Shown: positions 14,332 to 28,165, counted from the stretch's first letter. The stretch: DNA of 64,000 nt from an uncultured delta proteobacterium (GCA_963706575.1 CAVPNL010000004.1:128001-192000); one strand, 5' to 3'. A program made the numbers and translations. The notes: generated from the letters alone by a model not told the origin.

Positions 14332-14745
14332 CTATCTTAACCCGGCTAGCCGGATGCGCACCGTAGCCCGCTCCAGTGCGCCTCTGGCCCTGGCAAAATC
14401 GACCTCTTTCCGGGAGCGGTCTTCGGCCAGTCGCTTCTCGGCGCGCGCCAGAGCTTCTTTGGCCCGTTCAAGATCAATATCGCTTCTTTTCTCGGCGGAT
14501 TCGGCCAGCACCGTAACTTTATCCGGCAGCGCTTCGGCAAATCCACCGCTCACAAATACGTAATGCTCTTTTCCATTCGCATCGGTATAACGGATAATAC
14601 CGGTTTTAAGGGTGGTTAGAAACGGCGTGTGGCCGCTGAGAACACCAAATTCTCCCAACGACCCCGGAGAGGCCACAATCTGGGCCTCTTCGCTGACGAC
14701 AATCTTTTCGGGAGTCACCACTTCCAGATGAATATTTTCAGCCAT
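14332..14745 (-). CDS. atpC: F1 ATP synthase epsilon subunit
   Basis: LEVVTPE, GEFGVLSGH, VSGGFAE, C-terminal helical hairpin. Confidence 0.97.
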   Translation of the reverse strand: MAENIHLEVVTPEKIVVSEEAQIVASPGSLGEFGVLSGHTPFLTTLKTGIIRYTDANGKEHYVFVSGGFAEALPDKVTVLAESAEKRSDIDLERAKEALARAEKRLAEDRSRKEVDFARARGALERATVRIRLAGLR

Positions 14746-14843
14746 AACAATTCCTTAGCGTTAATTTACTTATAGTATTAGTTCTAATTCCCTTTTTAAA
14801 CCACTCTTCCAGTATTCCAGTTTTCCATCATTCCCAGGATTTT

Positions 14844-16310
<1,467 letters not shown>

Positions 16311-16372
16311 TTATATCCTTTTATTAGACCACCGGATGCTAAGCGGTGGTATGGAATCTTGGAATCTTGACA

Positions 16373-17266
16373 CTATCCTTTAAGCGCTTCGGCGCCACCG
16401 ACAATATCCATTAACTCCGCTGTGATCGCTGCCTGCCGGGCTTTGTTATATATCAGTGTGAGATTTTCAATCATGTCCCTGCAGGCCTTGGTGGCATTGT
16501 CCATCGCCATCATGCGCGCGGCATGCTCGCTGGTCGATGTTTCCAGCAAAGCGCTGTAAATCTGAACATAAACATTTCTGGGCAGCATATCGCCGAGAAG
16601 GGAATCCGTTGAAGGTTCACAAATATGCTCCGGCATATAGTTGCCGGCTGCTTCAGTTTCTTCAGCTTCTTCGGCTACAATCGGTGGAATCGGAAGCAAT
16701 TGCTGTAAAACCGGAAGCTGCCGGGCCATGCTGATAAATTCGGCATAAACCAGATAGACTTCATCGTACGTGCCTTCTAAAAAGGCATCCACCAGGTTTT
16801 TGCCGGCCGTCGCCGCGATACTAAAGCCAAAATTTGCGCCGACAACGCCTAAATACTCGGTGTCTCTCTGCAAGTTTTCCTTGCGGCACCAGTCTCGACC
16901 TTTTTTACCAAAATTGGTAAAAGAAATCTCAATGCCGTCTCCGGCCTTTTCTTTCACAAACCCATCGGCCTTTTCAATTAGATTCGTATTGAATCCGCCG
17001 CAAAGCCCCCGGTCGGAAGTGCACAGAACCAGATGCACCTTTTTGACTTCCTCTTTTGGCACCAGCAAGGGATTGGACTCTTCTCCGGCTCTTTGCGCCA
17101 GGCTACCCAGCACCTCGGAGAACTTGCCGGCATAGGGACGAAACGCTTCCATGCTGGTCTGAGCCCCCCGCAACCGCGAAGCGGCCACCATATTCATGGC
17201 TTTGGTGATCTGTTGGGTCTTTTTTACCGCAGCTATTTTTAACTGGATATCTTTTAAAGTCGCCAT
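16373..17266 (-). CDS. atpG: F1 ATP synthase gamma subunit
   Basis: ITKAMNMVA, SDRGLCGGFN, YNKARQAAITAEL. Confidence 0.98.
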   Translation of the reverse strand: MATLKDIQLKIAAVKKTQQITKAMNMVAASRLRGAQTSMEAFRPYAGKFSEVLGSLAQRAGEESNPLLVPKEEVKKVHLVLCTSDRGLCGGFNTNLIEKADGFVKEKAGDGIEISFTNFGKKGRDWCRKENLQRDTEYLGVVGANFGFSIAATAGKNLVDAFLEGTYDEVYLVYAEFISMARQLPVLQQLLPIPPIVAEEAEETEAAGNYMPEHICEPSTDSLLGDMLPRNVYVQIYSALLETSTSEHAARMMAMDNATKACRDMIENLTLIYNKARQAAITAELMDIVGGAEALKG

Positions 17267-17289
17267 ACCTCTCAGCCTTAGAAATAAAA

Positions 17290-17354
17290 GTTATTCGTTA
17301 TTGGTTATTCGTTATTCGAGCGTTGTTGCCAACTATTAACTGATAACGGATAAC
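17290..17354. repeat. Inverted array of 7-bp tandem repeats (GTTATTS)n...(TAACNNA)n inside atp operon
   Basis: gttattc gttattg gttattc gttattc ... caactat taactga taacgga taac. Confidence 0.75.
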
Positions 17355-17360
17355 AAAAAA

Positions 17361-18878
17361 CTACTTAATTGTGTCTTTAAACTCCTCGTCGTAGGCTTCC
17401 AGTGCCTCTCTCATCTGCTTGTCGAGATCGTCGCTAATCTCCTGTTTTTCGGCAAGCCCCGTATAGATGGCGGGATACCGGTCTTCAATAAACGAATACA
17501 GACCGGCTTCATATTTGGCCAGAACATCGATGGGATATTTATCGAGAAAACCCCTGGTGCCGGCATAAAGGATGGTCACCTGTTTTTCCAATGACAGGGG
17601 TTCATACTGGGGCTGCTTTAAGATTTCAACCAGCCGGGCGCCCCGGGTGAGCTGCCTCTGGGTGGCTTTGTCCAGATCGCTGCCGAAAGCCGCAAATGCT
17701 TCCAGTTCGCGATACTGCGCCAGATCCAGCCGCAGCGTTCCGGCGACCTGCTTCATGGCCTTGACCTGTGCGGACCCGCCGACCCGCGATACGGAAAGGC
17801 CGACGTTAATGGCCGGTCGCACACCGGCGAAAAACAGTGCCGGTTCCAGATAAATCTGGCCGTCGGTAATTGAGATAACGTTGGTCGGAATATAGGCGGA
17901 GACGTCACCGGCCTGGGTTTCGATGATCGGCAGGGCGGTCAGGGAACCGGCCCCCAGTTCATCATTGAGTTTGGCGGCCCGCTCAAGCAGGCGGGAGTGA
18001 TTGTAGAAAATGTCGCCGGGATACGCTTCGCGCCCGGGGGGCCGTCGCAGGAGCAATGACACCTGACGATAGGCGGCGGCCTGTTTGGAAAGGTCATCGT
18101 AAATAATCAGCGCATGCTGCTTTCTGTCACGGAAATATTCGCCCATGGCACAGCCTGCGTAAGGGGCGATGTACTGCAGCGTGGCCGGGTCACTGGCACA
18201 GGCCGCTACGATGGTGGTGTATTCCATGGCACCGTGTTTTTCAAGCACCGCATGGACCTGGGCCACGGTGGATTTTTTCTGTCCGCAGGCGACGTATATG
18301 CAAAAAACATCGGTGTCCTTTTGCGCCAGGATCGCGTCAATGGCGCAGGCGGTTTTGCCGATCTGACGGTCGCCGATGATGAGTTCCCGCTGACCCCTTC
18401 CGACCGGCGTCATGGCATCAACTGCTTTAAGGCCGGTATAGCAGGGTTCATGAACACTTTTTCTGGCAATGACACCCGGGGCAACGACTTCCACCCGGCT
18501 ATATTCTTTGGCATCAATCGGGCCTTTGCCGTCCAGCGGTTCTCCCACTGCGGATACCACCCGGCCAAGGACGGCTTCGCCAACCGGCACCTGGGCAATG
18601 CGCCCGGTGCGCTTGACGATGTCGCCCTCTTTAATATGGATGTCTTCCCCCATGACGGCCACACCCACATTGTCCTCTTCAAGATTGAGAACCAGTCCCA
18701 GGATGGCACCGGGAAATTCCACCAGTTCGAGCGCCATGACGTTTTCGAGCCCGTAGATTCTGGCAATGCCATCACCGACCGATAGAACCACACCGGTCTC
18801 ACTGAGCTCAATTTTTTTGTCGTAATCGGCAATCTGCTCTTTGATAATCTGACTTATTTCTTCAGCTTTTAATTCCAT
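17361..18878 (-). CDS. atpA: F1 ATP synthase alpha subunit
   Basis: [25 protein letters not shown]. Confidence 0.99.
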   Translation of the reverse strand: MELKAEEISQIIKEQIADYDKKIELSETGVVLSVGDGIARIYGLENVMALELVEFPGAILGLVLNLEEDNVGVAVMGEDIHIKEGDIVKRTGRIAQVPVGEAVLGRVVSAVGEPLDGKGPIDAKEYSRVEVVAPGVIARKSVHEPCYTGLKAVDAMTPVGRGQRELIIGDRQIGKTACAIDAILAQKDTDVFCIYVACGQKKSTVAQVHAVLEKHGAMEYTTIVAACASDPATLQYIAPYAGCAMGEYFRDRKQHALIIYDDLSKQAAAYRQVSLLLRRPPGREAYPGDIFYNHSRLLERAAKLNDELGAGSLTALPIIETQAGDVSAYIPTNVISITDGQIYLEPALFFAGVRPAINVGLSVSRVGGSAQVKAMKQVAGTLRLDLAQYRELEAFAAFGSDLDKATQRQLTRGARLVEILKQPQYEPLSLEKQVTILYAGTRGFLDKYPIDVLAKYEAGLYSFIEDRYPAIYTGLAEKQEISDDLDKQMREALEAYDEEFKDTIK

Positions 18879-19429
18879 TATACACCCTCACCCCTTTTTA
18901 AAGTTTCTCTCATATTTGATAATTGCGTCTTGATGCTGCCATCCCAGACAAGATCCCCGATCTGGGTCACGATTCCGCCGATCAGTTCAGGATCCTGTTC
19001 AACCTCCAATATGATCTCTTTATTGGTTTTATTGGACAAAGCGGCCCGGATTTTCTCCACCGTATCTTCTGAAAGCGCAGTCGCCGATACCAGGCTGGCC
19101 CGGGCAATACCCTTAAGTTCGTCGGCCAGCTTCTGGTAGAATTGATCGATACTGCCGAGAAACCCGATTCTTCCCTTATCAAAAAGCAATAAAAGAAATG
19201 ATTTCATCGTCTTGGAAATATCCAAATTATCAATGACCGCCTGCAGAACGTTTCTGCGGCTCGAGCTCTCATACAGGGGGTTTGTAATCGCCTGATTCAG
19301 CGCATCCTCCCGCTCCATCAAATCGGCAAATCCGCTGAGTTCCTTTCGATAGGAATCGGTTTGACCGTCTTCTTTGCCGATGAGCAAAAGTGCCTTGGCA
19401 TAGCGCCGGGCGACCGCTAAATTTTTCAT
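18878..19429 (-). CDS. atpH: F1 ATP synthase delta subunit
   Basis: [26 protein letters not shown]. Confidence 0.97.
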   Translation of the reverse strand: MKNLAVARRYAKALLLIGKEDGQTDSYRKELSGFADLMEREDALNQAITNPLYESSSRRNVLQAVIDNLDISKTMKSFLLLLFDKGRIGFLGSIDQFYQKLADELKGIARASLVSATALSEDTVEKIRAALSNKTNKEIILEVEQDPELIGGIVTQIGDLVWDGSIKTQLSNMRETLKRGEGV

Positions 19430-20044
19430 TATGCCACCACCTTGTCTAAATATTCGTCAACGAGTTTATCCTGATCCTGGGCCGTGATCGCCTTTTTTAG
19501 CGTTTCTTCCGCTTTTACCAGTGATTTTTCAACAACCTCACGCTGCAACTCCTGCCGGGCTTTACCAAACTCGTGCTCGATGTTGCGTCGCGCCTGGACC
19601 TGAAGTTTTTCTGCAGTCGCCTCCGCTTCTTTTAAAATTTTCGCTTTGGCTTCATTGCCCTGCTTGATATAGCCTTCGACAATTTTTTCGGCTTCGCTCT
19701 CCAGCTGGGATAATTTCTCGTTGTATTGGGCCAGCTGTTTTTCGGCTTCGGCCTTCTGGGCCTCCAGACTCTCCAGCTGTTCCCGTATATCTTTGATGCG
19801 CGAGCTCAGGGCCTGGGAAATCGGTTTGCGCAGTATAAATATGAGGGCAACCACCAGAACGACAAAATTCATTACCCGCCAGGTATCCGTCGCAACCCAG
19901 CCCTTTGTTCCGCCCTCACCGCCGGATGCCCCCAGGGCGTTTCCGGCCCCCATGGATAACAACAAAAGCACAAACAGCAACACCGACGACAATCACCCGG
20001 GCTCTTTGATGGTCGGACCACCGCCTAAAACCGGGAATTCCCAT
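19429..20044 (-). CDS. atpF: F0 ATP synthase subunit b; true start probably ATG 20044 with a 1-bp indel before 19992
   Basis: WRVMNFVVLV TM helix then long coiled coil; TAATG overlap with upstream stop at 20042-20046 is out of frame by one base with the ORF at 19429-19992. Confidence 0.85.
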
Positions 20045-20598
20045 TATACCGTCCTCCCTAATATTTTTTGACAGATGTCACTGGAAAATTCATCCACTTT
20101 TGCTTGCAACGCGTCTTTGGCGGTTTCCGCTTCCCGGGAAATCTTATCACGGATATCCGCTAATTCCGCCTGGGCCTTTTCGTTCACCTTGGCGATGATC
20201 TCTTTTTCTTCTTCAGCAGCGGCTTGCAGCAGTGCTTCTTTTTCATTCAGGCCCTTGGCCCGAGCCTCTTTGATACCCGCTGCAAAGGCCGTGTCTTTTT
20301 CCAGGGCATCTTCATTATAGGTTTCGATACGTCATCCTCGAGCCCGTCGATTTTTTCTTTTCTTTGACGCAGAATATTGCGAATCGGTCGATATAAGATA
20401 AGGTTTAAAATCCAGAGGATGATGAGAAAATTGATAATTTGAATGCCTACGGTCCAGTCCGGCATAACGGTAACCCCGCCGCTACTTTTCGATTCTCCCG
20501 ATGAACCCAGGGCCAAGGATGTCGCCAACAGCAGCATACTCGATCAGGATTACCAGGCCGATAACCGGAAATTTACGGTACCTACCAAAAACCTTCAT
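20044..20598 (-). CDS. atpF: F0 ATP synthase subunit b' (two apparent frameshifts, near 20540 and 20330)
   Basis: GGAGG RBS + ATG 20598 (MKVFGRYRK...); middle frame QIINFLIILWILNLILYRPI..ILRQR; third frame IETYNEDALEK...EARAKG...KILGRTV* ending 20044. Confidence 0.8.
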
Positions 20599-21142
20599 GC
20601 AGAAAACCTCCGTCGAAGAATTTTTGCGCAACTGACCTAAATAGTTTAAAAATGGTAAAAGGATGGTTTGGCTCGGGCGGTCTATACCATCCGCACCAAC
20701 CCGTTGTCAAAGGATTTTTTGAAAATTTTATCGGTGCTTGGGAAGCTCTGAAACGGAAGGAATATTTGACTGGAACCGCCGGTTTTTCTATCGGAACCGT
20801 TTTCGTTTTCATGCTGCAATTGCCGGTAAAAACGCCGCCGGGCTCTATCGAAATGACCCCGGCCTCGATATCGCCGTCTACCCGACCGGGAGGATACACT
20901 TCGACCCGTTTTTTGGCATCGATGGTGCCGGTGACTTCCCCCATGACGATGATGGAATCCACACGGATATCCGCATGAATCACCGCTTTTTCTCCGACAA
21001 TTAACGTGCCGCCGTTGCTCAAAATTTTGCCTTTCACCCGGCCGTCCAGCCGGATGGTGCCCTTAAACTCAATCGTTCCTTCGATACGGGAATCCGCGCC
21101 TAAAAATGTTGATATTGAACCGATATTTTTTTCGTTTCTCAT
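20582..21142 (-). CDS. Bactofilin (polymer-forming cytoskeletal protein); C-terminal extension probably an indel artefact
   Basis: STFLG...IEGTIEF.GTIRLDG.VKG...LIVGE.A.I.ADI...GEVTG.I...GDI....ISIEPGG.F.GNC beta-helix pattern; GGAGG RBS. Confidence 0.9.
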   Translation of the reverse strand: MRNEKNIGSISTFLGADSRIEGTIEFKGTIRLDGRVKGKILSNGGTLIVGEKAVIHADIRVDSIIVMGEVTGTIDAKKRVEVYPPGRVDGDIEAGVISIEPGGVFTGNCSMKTKTVPIEKPAVPVKYSFRFRASQAPIKFSKNPLTTGWCGWYRPPEPNHPFTIFKLFRSVAQKFFDGGFLHEGFW

Positions 21143-21250
21143 ATGTTGATTTTACCTCCCGGAGCCAAGCCCCGCCCCTGTAATCCTTGCCCATCGTGAC
21201 TATTTCTTATTGTCCAGTGCCCGATATCTCCCAAGAAGTGGTTTAAAATT

Positions 21251-22354
21251 CTAATCGAGCATAAACCGTCGCATACTTACATTTAGCAACAGGCCAATAC
21301 TGATGGCGGTGGTTAATACCGAAGATCCGCCGTAGCTGACAAATGGCAGCGGCACGCCCACCACCGGCAACAGTCCCATCGACATGCCAATATTGATGAA
21401 GGCCTGCCAGAAAATCATCGCCGTAACCCCTACGGCCACGATGGTACCGAAAGGTTCCCGGCATCCATGCGCCACGTTCAACCCCCAGATGATCAGGATC
21501 AGAAATAAAAGTACCAGGGTGATCGATCCGAGAAATCCCCATTCTTCTGCCAGAACCGAAAAAATAAAATCGGTGTGTTCCTCGGGTAGAAATGAAAGTG
21601 CGTTTTGGGTGCCTTTTAAGTACCCTTTACCGCTGAGCATTCCGGAACCGATCGCAATTTTAGACTGAATAATGTGATATCCGGCCCCCAGTGGATCCAG
21701 ATCCGGATTCAAAAAGACGAGAATCCGTTTTTTCTGATATTCTTTTAAAAAGAACCATATCAGCGGGACCAGTACCGCTCCGGAAGCAAACAAATAGGCA
21801 AAAGAGCGTCTTTCAATTTTAACAAAAACCGTAATAGAACCGGCGATCAAAACCACCAGCCCGGCCGTACCCAGATCCGGCTGCATACCGATTAAAAGAA
21901 CCGGCAGCATGATAATCATTGCGGGCCGGACCAATTCGCGCAGGGTGAATCCTCTGGTTTTGGCATCCTTGGAGTAGTAGCGCGCCAAGGCGAGAATGAC
22001 TGCTATTTTAACGAGCTCAGACGGCTGAAACGATACCGGACCGATGATCAACCACCTTCTGGACCCGCCAACATATTTACCGGAAAATAAAACGACTATC
22101 AATAAAGCAATGCTGGCAAAGTAGATGGGCTGCGACCAGCGATCCAAAATTTTATAATTGAAAAGAAACGTGACCACCATGGCAACCAGACCGACGGAAA
22201 ACCACAACAGCTGCTTATAGAACAGCACCTTTTGGGGCGTCGGGGTCTCCGCCGTCACGGCGCTGTATAACGTGATCAGACCAATACATCCAATTAGGAT
22301 GGCCACTCCCATCAAACCCCAATCAAAATATTGTACCAACCGTCGATCAAACAT
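21251..22354 (-). CDS. rodA: Rod shape-determining SEDS protein RodA
   Basis: GSRRW, FQPSE, QPDLGT, FLPEEHTDFIF, PLPFVSYGGSS. Confidence 0.97.
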   Translation of the reverse strand: MFDRRLVQYFDWGLMGVAILIGCIGLITLYSAVTAETPTPQKVLFYKQLLWFSVGLVAMVVTFLFNYKILDRWSQPIYFASIALLIVVLFSGKYVGGSRRWLIIGPVSFQPSELVKIAVILALARYYSKDAKTRGFTLRELVRPAMIIMLPVLLIGMQPDLGTAGLVVLIAGSITVFVKIERRSFAYLFASGAVLVPLIWFFLKEYQKKRILVFLNPDLDPLGAGYHIIQSKIAIGSGMLSGKGYLKGTQNALSFLPEEHTDFIFSVLAEEWGFLGSITLVLLFLILIIWGLNVAHGCREPFGTIVAVGVTAMIFWQAFINIGMSMGLLPVVGVPLPFVSYGGSSVLTTAISIGLLLNVSMRRFMLD

Positions 22355-22374
22355 TTGTTGTCTCACTCCCGCTT

Positions 22375-22553
22375 CGGGATCAGGTTTCAGGTGTCAATCA
22401 AAGGTCTCAGGGATTCAAGTATCTGTTGGATTAGTTTTATTTGTTTCATTGGTTGAATTAGTTGGATTAGTTGGATTCACCCGAACCAATTGAACCCATT
22501 AGACCCATCAAACCAATTAAACAGATAGTACACCTGAACATACGCTTGAAACC
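22375..22553. repeat. Nested inverted tandem-repeat cassette (7-mer outer, 9-mer inner)
   Basis: Outer caggtttcaggtgtca ... cacctgaac..tgaaacct; inner tctgttgga ttagtttta tttgtttca ttggttgaa ttagttgga ttagttgga / aaccaattg aacccatta gacccatca aaccaatta aacagata. Confidence 0.8.
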
Positions 22554-22574
22554 TAAATATAGGTTTATAATGGC

Positions 22575-24452
22575 TTAACCACCGCCGCCGGTGTTGCTCA
22601 CATCGTTTTGCGTCGCCACCTGTGCACCGGCAGGCGGCTTGCGCAGGTAGGTCTTAATCATTTCCCGGGCAATCGGTGCTGCCGCTCCGGAACCGTGCTC
22701 CCCATGTTCAACGACTACCGCAACCGCAATCGTCGGTTGTTCAGACGGTGCATATGCCACAAACCATGCGTGGGCTCTTAGATGGATCGGCATATCTTCT
22801 TCCGCCAGCGTTTCGTCCTCTTTGCGGCTAACCACCTGAGAAGTACCGGTCTTGCCGCTGAGATCGATATCCGCCAGACGGCTGCCGCGGGCGGTTCCTT
22901 TCTCACCGTTGACCACTTTCCACAGGCCCAGTTTGACGCGGTCAAGATTGGCCGGGGAGATTGGCAGTTTCCCCGTCAACCGAGGTTCATTCTTTTGCAG
23001 AACCTCTCCGTCCGCTGATTGAATACGGTCCAAAATCATCGGCTGATATCGATTGCCTCCATTGGCGACCGCAGCTGCCAAAACCGCCATTTGCAGCGGG
23101 GTTGCCAGATTAAATCCCTGGCCGATGGCAACTGACAGGGTTTCGCCTTTCTGCCAGGGTATACCGGTGCGCTTTTGTTTCCAGGCAGCTGTGGGAATCA
23201 ACCCATGGGCTTCCTGATCCAAAAATATGCCCGTCGGGGATCCCAGACCGAAGGCTTTGGCATACCAGGCCAGCCGATCCACCCCGAGGCGATCGCCGAC
23301 CTGATAAAAAAATACATCACATGATTCTTCCACAGCCTTGATGATATCGACTTTCCCATGCCCCCCCTTTAGCCAGCAGCGGTAGACCCGATTGCCGAAT
23401 CGATAATACCCGGGACAGTTCAATATGGTCTGATCATCGATGACCCCTTCTTCAAGCCCGGCGAGGGCTGTGATTATTTTGTAAGTCGATCCGGGCGGAT
23501 ATTCTCCCTGGATGGCACGGTTTGACATCGGTCTGAATGGATTGGAAACCAGCGAATCCCATTGTTCGTGCGTGATACCACCGACAAAAAAATTTTGATC
23601 AAACGAGGGACTGCTGGCCAGCGCCAAAATCTGACCGGTATCCGGTTCGATAGCGACGGCCGCACCGACCACGCCTTCCAGCAGCGTTTCGGTGCGGTGC
23701 TGCAACTGTTGATCGGTCGTCAAGTAAACATTTTGTCCCGGTTGCGCTTCAACGGTTTTTAAAATCCTCATAACTAGCCCGTTGGCGTTGACCTCAACCT
23801 GCCGGCCGCCCCGTTTTCCCCTCAAGAGATTTTCATAACCCTTTTCAGCGCCGAACTTGCCGATGAGGTCACCGCTGCGGCAATCCGGATACGAACCGCT
23901 CTTGAGCTCTGTGGGGCTGATTTCGCTCAGGTAGCCGATGAGATGTGCGGCCATGCGTTCATGAATATAATGCCGCCGCAAATTGACATCCACCGAAACC
24001 CCCGGCAGGTCAAATTTATTCACCTCTATGGCCGCCAGGGTATCGCGCCCCACATCCTGTTTGAGCAAACGCGGCTTGTAAGCCGATGCGCCTTTTGTTT
24101 GCTTTATTTGAGATAACAGCAGGTCCGCAGGAGTTTGCAGATGCTGCGACAATTTTTCGAGCGTAAGCTGCAGCGGTGCCGCGTCTTTTATGGTAATGTT
24201 CACATCGAATGAGGGTCGGTTATCCACCAGTAGATCACCGTTGCGGTCATAGATCCGACCTCTGGGAGGATCGATATTTTGCAGCCGGATGCTATTATTT
24301 AACGATAGTCGTCGGAACTCATCACCCATGATCGCCTGCAGATAAATTAGCCGTATGAAAAGCATCACAAAGGCCGCCAGTGCGCATGCTATCACACCGG
24401 TAATGCGCTGTTTGTACCAATCGGAATCGGCTGTTTTTAAATATCTATCCAT
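22575..24452 (-). CDS. mrdA: Penicillin-binding protein 2
   Basis: PRGRIYDRNG, GSTYK (SxxK), SCD, KTGT motifs; between mreD and rodA. Confidence 0.97.
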   Translation of the reverse strand: MDRYLKTADSDWYKQRITGVIACALAAFVMLFIRLIYLQAIMGDEFRRLSLNNSIRLQNIDPPRGRIYDRNGDLLVDNRPSFDVNITIKDAAPLQLTLEKLSQHLQTPADLLLSQIKQTKGASAYKPRLLKQDVGRDTLAAIEVNKFDLPGVSVDVNLRRHYIHERMAAHLIGYLSEISPTELKSGSYPDCRSGDLIGKFGAEKGYENLLRGKRGGRQVEVNANGLVMRILKTVEAQPGQNVYLTTDQQLQHRTETLLEGVVGAAVAIEPDTGQILALASSPSFDQNFFVGGITHEQWDSLVSNPFRPMSNRAIQGEYPPGSTYKIITALAGLEEGVIDDQTILNCPGYYRFGNRVYRCWLKGGHGKVDIIKAVEESCDVFFYQVGDRLGVDRLAWYAKAFGLGSPTGIFLDQEAHGLIPTAAWKQKRTGIPWQKGETLSVAIGQGFNLATPLQMAVLAAAVANGGNRYQPMILDRIQSADGEVLQKNEPRLTGKLPISPANLDRVKLGLWKVVNGEKGTARGSRLADIDLSGKTGTSQVVSRKEDETLAEEDMPIHLRAHAWFVAYAPSEQPTIAVAVVVEHGEHGSGAAAPIAREMIKTYLRKPPAGAQVATQNDVSNTGGGG

Positions 24453-24461
24453 AAGCCTTGG

Positions 24462-24968
24462 CTAGGGTGCGGCTCCATTTAATTGAATATTAAAGCGTTT
24501 GGATATCGCTAGCAGGCAAAATAAAAATAGCGGGCCGGTCATCAACGCCCACAAAAACTGCACGCTAATATTTTTAAGAGCGGCTGCCGGAATTTGCCAA
24601 CCCGGCCCCAAGAACCCAAAGGTCCCGACAATCAACACATTCTGGATCAATACCGCAACGACAACGACCAATGATAAGAATAATTTATTGCTGACCCGCA
24701 AAAATTTTAAAATCCAGCGCACCCCCACAAACAACCAGAAATAAAACGTCAGGTAAAGCCCAAATGGGCTTCCGGAAAGATTATCCATAATCAACCCGAG
24801 GATTAAAATAAACGGCAAGCTTTCGCGCAGAGGCAGGCAAATGCTGATAAAAATGACAAAGGGAATGAGAAGATCGTACATTCCGGCGAATACATTAAAA
24901 TAGGCTAAAAGGGTGGTTTGAACGATGATCAAAAAAAGGCAGGTGCCGATATAAAAACCATATCTCAT
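24462..24968 (-). CDS. mreD: Rod shape-determining protein MreD
   Basis: Hydrophobic 168 aa, GLIMDNLSG.PFG motif, synteny. Confidence 0.85.
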   Translation of the reverse strand: MRYGFYIGTCLFLIIVQTTLLAYFNVFAGMYDLLIPFVIFISICLPLRESLPFILILGLIMDNLSGSPFGLYLTFYFWLFVGVRWILKFLRVSNKLFLSLVVVVAVLIQNVLIVGTFGFLGPGWQIPAAALKNISVQFLWALMTGPLFLFCLLAISKRFNIQLNGAAP

Positions 24969-25798
24969 TGCTGGCTCGCAAATGCTTGTGTTTTGGGACG
25001 CAGGATAACCAATACCTCTTCGAGTTTTTCATAATCAACGAAAGGGGTAACCGTAATTTCATAAAAAATATCAGAACTGCGCTGGCTTAAGTCCGATACC
25101 CGTCCGAGGCGCAGCCCCTTTGGATATACGCCGTCCAACCCGGATGCAATAACGGTATCACCGATTTGAACATCGTGCTTGCGCAGAACAAATTCAAAGC
25201 GACACTGGTCTGCCGACCCACCCTTAATAATTCCCCGCGCCCGCGAGCGTTGCACCAATGCATCAACCGCACTGTTACGATCGATGATCAGCATCACCTT
25301 AGCGTAACGGCCGGAAACTTCAATGACCTGACCGGCAATGCCGGTGGGTAAAACAACCGGCAATCCCTTTTGCAAACCATCAGACCGGCCTTTATCGATG
25401 ATCACCGTTTTAAACCATCCGGAAGGGTCTTTCGCGATAACCTCGGCAGCCACAACTCGATGGGTCGGGGCTTTTTGAAAATTCAGCAAATTCCGCAGAC
25501 GCGTATTGGCCAGTCCAGTCTCACGCCATTCATTTTTTTTCTCGACGAACTGATTTAGTGACTCTTTTAGGGTTTCGTTTTCATGGGCAACCGATACCAG
25601 AAAAAAATAATTTTGCCAGATGCTCCGGGTAAAACGCACCGAGCGGGTCACAATCTCCTGGAAGGGCGCCACAAAGGAGATGCCCACACGGCCCAAACCA
25701 AAGGTTGACTGGCGCTTGCTGGTGATTGAAAGGAGGATAACGTTGACGACAATCAGAACGATGCCGCCAACGATTAGAACCATCTTTTTGGAGAACAT
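24965..25798 (-). CDS. mreC: Rod shape-determining protein MreC
   Basis: TM + coiled coil + IDKG..DG, SGLDGVYPKG. Confidence 0.95.
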   Translation of the reverse strand: MFSKKMVLIVGGIVLIVVNVILLSITSKRQSTFGLGRVGISFVAPFQEIVTRSVRFTRSIWQNYFFLVSVAHENETLKESLNQFVEKKNEWRETGLANTRLRNLLNFQKAPTHRVVAAEVIAKDPSGWFKTVIIDKGRSDGLQKGLPVVLPTGIAGQVIEVSGRYAKVMLIIDRNSAVDALVQRSRARGIIKGGSADQCRFEFVLRKHDVQIGDTVIASGLDGVYPKGLRLGRVSDLSQRSSDIFYEITVTPFVDYEKLEEVLVILRPKTQAFASQQ

Positions 25799-25840
25799 AG
25801 AGCTTTGTTCAATTTCCGGGATGTTTTTGGAGATGCGCGA

Positions 25841-26932
<1,092 letters not shown>

Positions 26933-26971
26933 CTAACAGATTTATTGTAGCATGACAAGAAAAAATAATCA

Positions 26972-28078
26972 TCAAAAATTTCCGGCAGCAATGGCATCCA
27001 TCACCGTATCGTGCAGTTTCGGTCTGAATTCCTTGATGCCTTCATTGTCCCTTGTGGGGTGCACGCGATTGGTGAGCATAATGACAATCACCGATTGCTC
27101 GAGATCCATCCAGAAAGAGGTGCCGGTAAACCCCAGATGTCCGACGCTGCCTTGCGAAAACCGCCGTCCGCAACTGGAGCCGGTTAAGCTCGGCATATCA
27201 AATCCCAGGGCCTTGTCGCTACCGGGTAATCGTTGGAAGAATTGATGCAGCAGTTCCCGGTGAAACAGCCCGTTGCTGGCTTGGCCGCGATAGGTGAAAA
27301 GCAACTCGACCAAAAGGCGATGAATATCTTCAGCGGCCCCAAAGAGGCCCGCATGCCCTTCAATACCGCCGACCACATAAGCATTTTCATCATGCACCTG
27401 TCCTTCTAAAACTTTGCAGCGCCAAGGGCAATTCTCCGTGGCAGCAAAGGCGCCCCGACTTTCATTCATGTTATTGGCGATAAAAAAAAGATGGTTGAGC
27501 CCCAGGGGCCGATAGATCTCGTTGACGACAAAATGATCCAGCCGCAGGTCGCCAACGCGTTCAACGATCCAGGCCAGAATCATGAATCCCAGATCACTGT
27601 AAAGAACGGTTTTTCCGATCGGGTTGACCAGCGCCTCCTGCACCAGTTGCTTGCGCAGCGCGCTTCTGCGTGAATCTATTGCAACATCGTTTAAAGCCTT
27701 ATAGTAGGGCCGGTAGTCGGGAAGCCCCGAATTATGATAGAGTAAATGTTTCAACTTTATCCTGGCCTTGTCGGTGCCCTCGAATTCAGGCAATAATTGA
27801 CCGAGGCGCTGCTCCAATTTAATTTGCTTTTGCTGCACAAGCCGCATCACCGCCAGGGTAGTCGCCAGGGGCTTGGTTAAGGATGCTAAATCAAAAATCG
27901 TTTCGGGGGCCACAGGCGCTCGGGAAATAAGATGCGTAACCCCGTATGCGTTAAAGAAAACGGTTTCTCCATTTTTCGAGACCAGTAAAACGCCGCCGGG
28001 AAATATCTCTTTAGCAATTGCTTGACGCATCAATCTGTCGACTGATTTCATTTTTATTTCGCTTCTGTTCACTGTCAT
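26972..28078 (-). CDS. Serine hydrolase, beta-lactamase family (AmiE-like); start may be 28051
   Basis: FDLASLTK (SxxK), YSDLGF, VHDENA, GHAGLF, GHLGFTG. Confidence 0.88.
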   Translation of the reverse strand: MTVNRSEIKMKSVDRLMRQAIAKEIFPGGVLLVSKNGETVFFNAYGVTHLISRAPVAPETIFDLASLTKPLATTLAVMRLVQQKQIKLEQRLGQLLPEFEGTDKARIKLKHLLYHNSGLPDYRPYYKALNDVAIDSRRSALRKQLVQEALVNPIGKTVLYSDLGFMILAWIVERVGDLRLDHFVVNEIYRPLGLNHLFFIANNMNESRGAFAATENCPWRCKVLEGQVHDENAYVVGGIEGHAGLFGAAEDIHRLLVELLFTYRGQASNGLFHRELLHQFFQRLPGSDKALGFDMPSLTGSSCGRRFSQGSVGHLGFTGTSFWMDLEQSVIVIMLTNRVHPTRDNEGIKEFRPKLHDTVMDAIAAGNF

Positions 28079-28079
28079 T

Positions 28080-28159
28080 AGGTGTCGGGTGTCAGGTTTC
28101 AGGTGTCAGAATTGATCGAGCTGAAACTCTGCAAGGTCAGATGCTGACACCTGAAACCT
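28080..28159. repeat. Inverted 7-bp tandem repeats (GGTGTCA)n...(CTGACAC/CTGAAAC)
   Basis: aggtgtcgggtgtcaggtttcaggtgtcag ... ctgacacctgaaacct. Confidence 0.75.
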
Positions 28160-28165
28160 TTAAAA

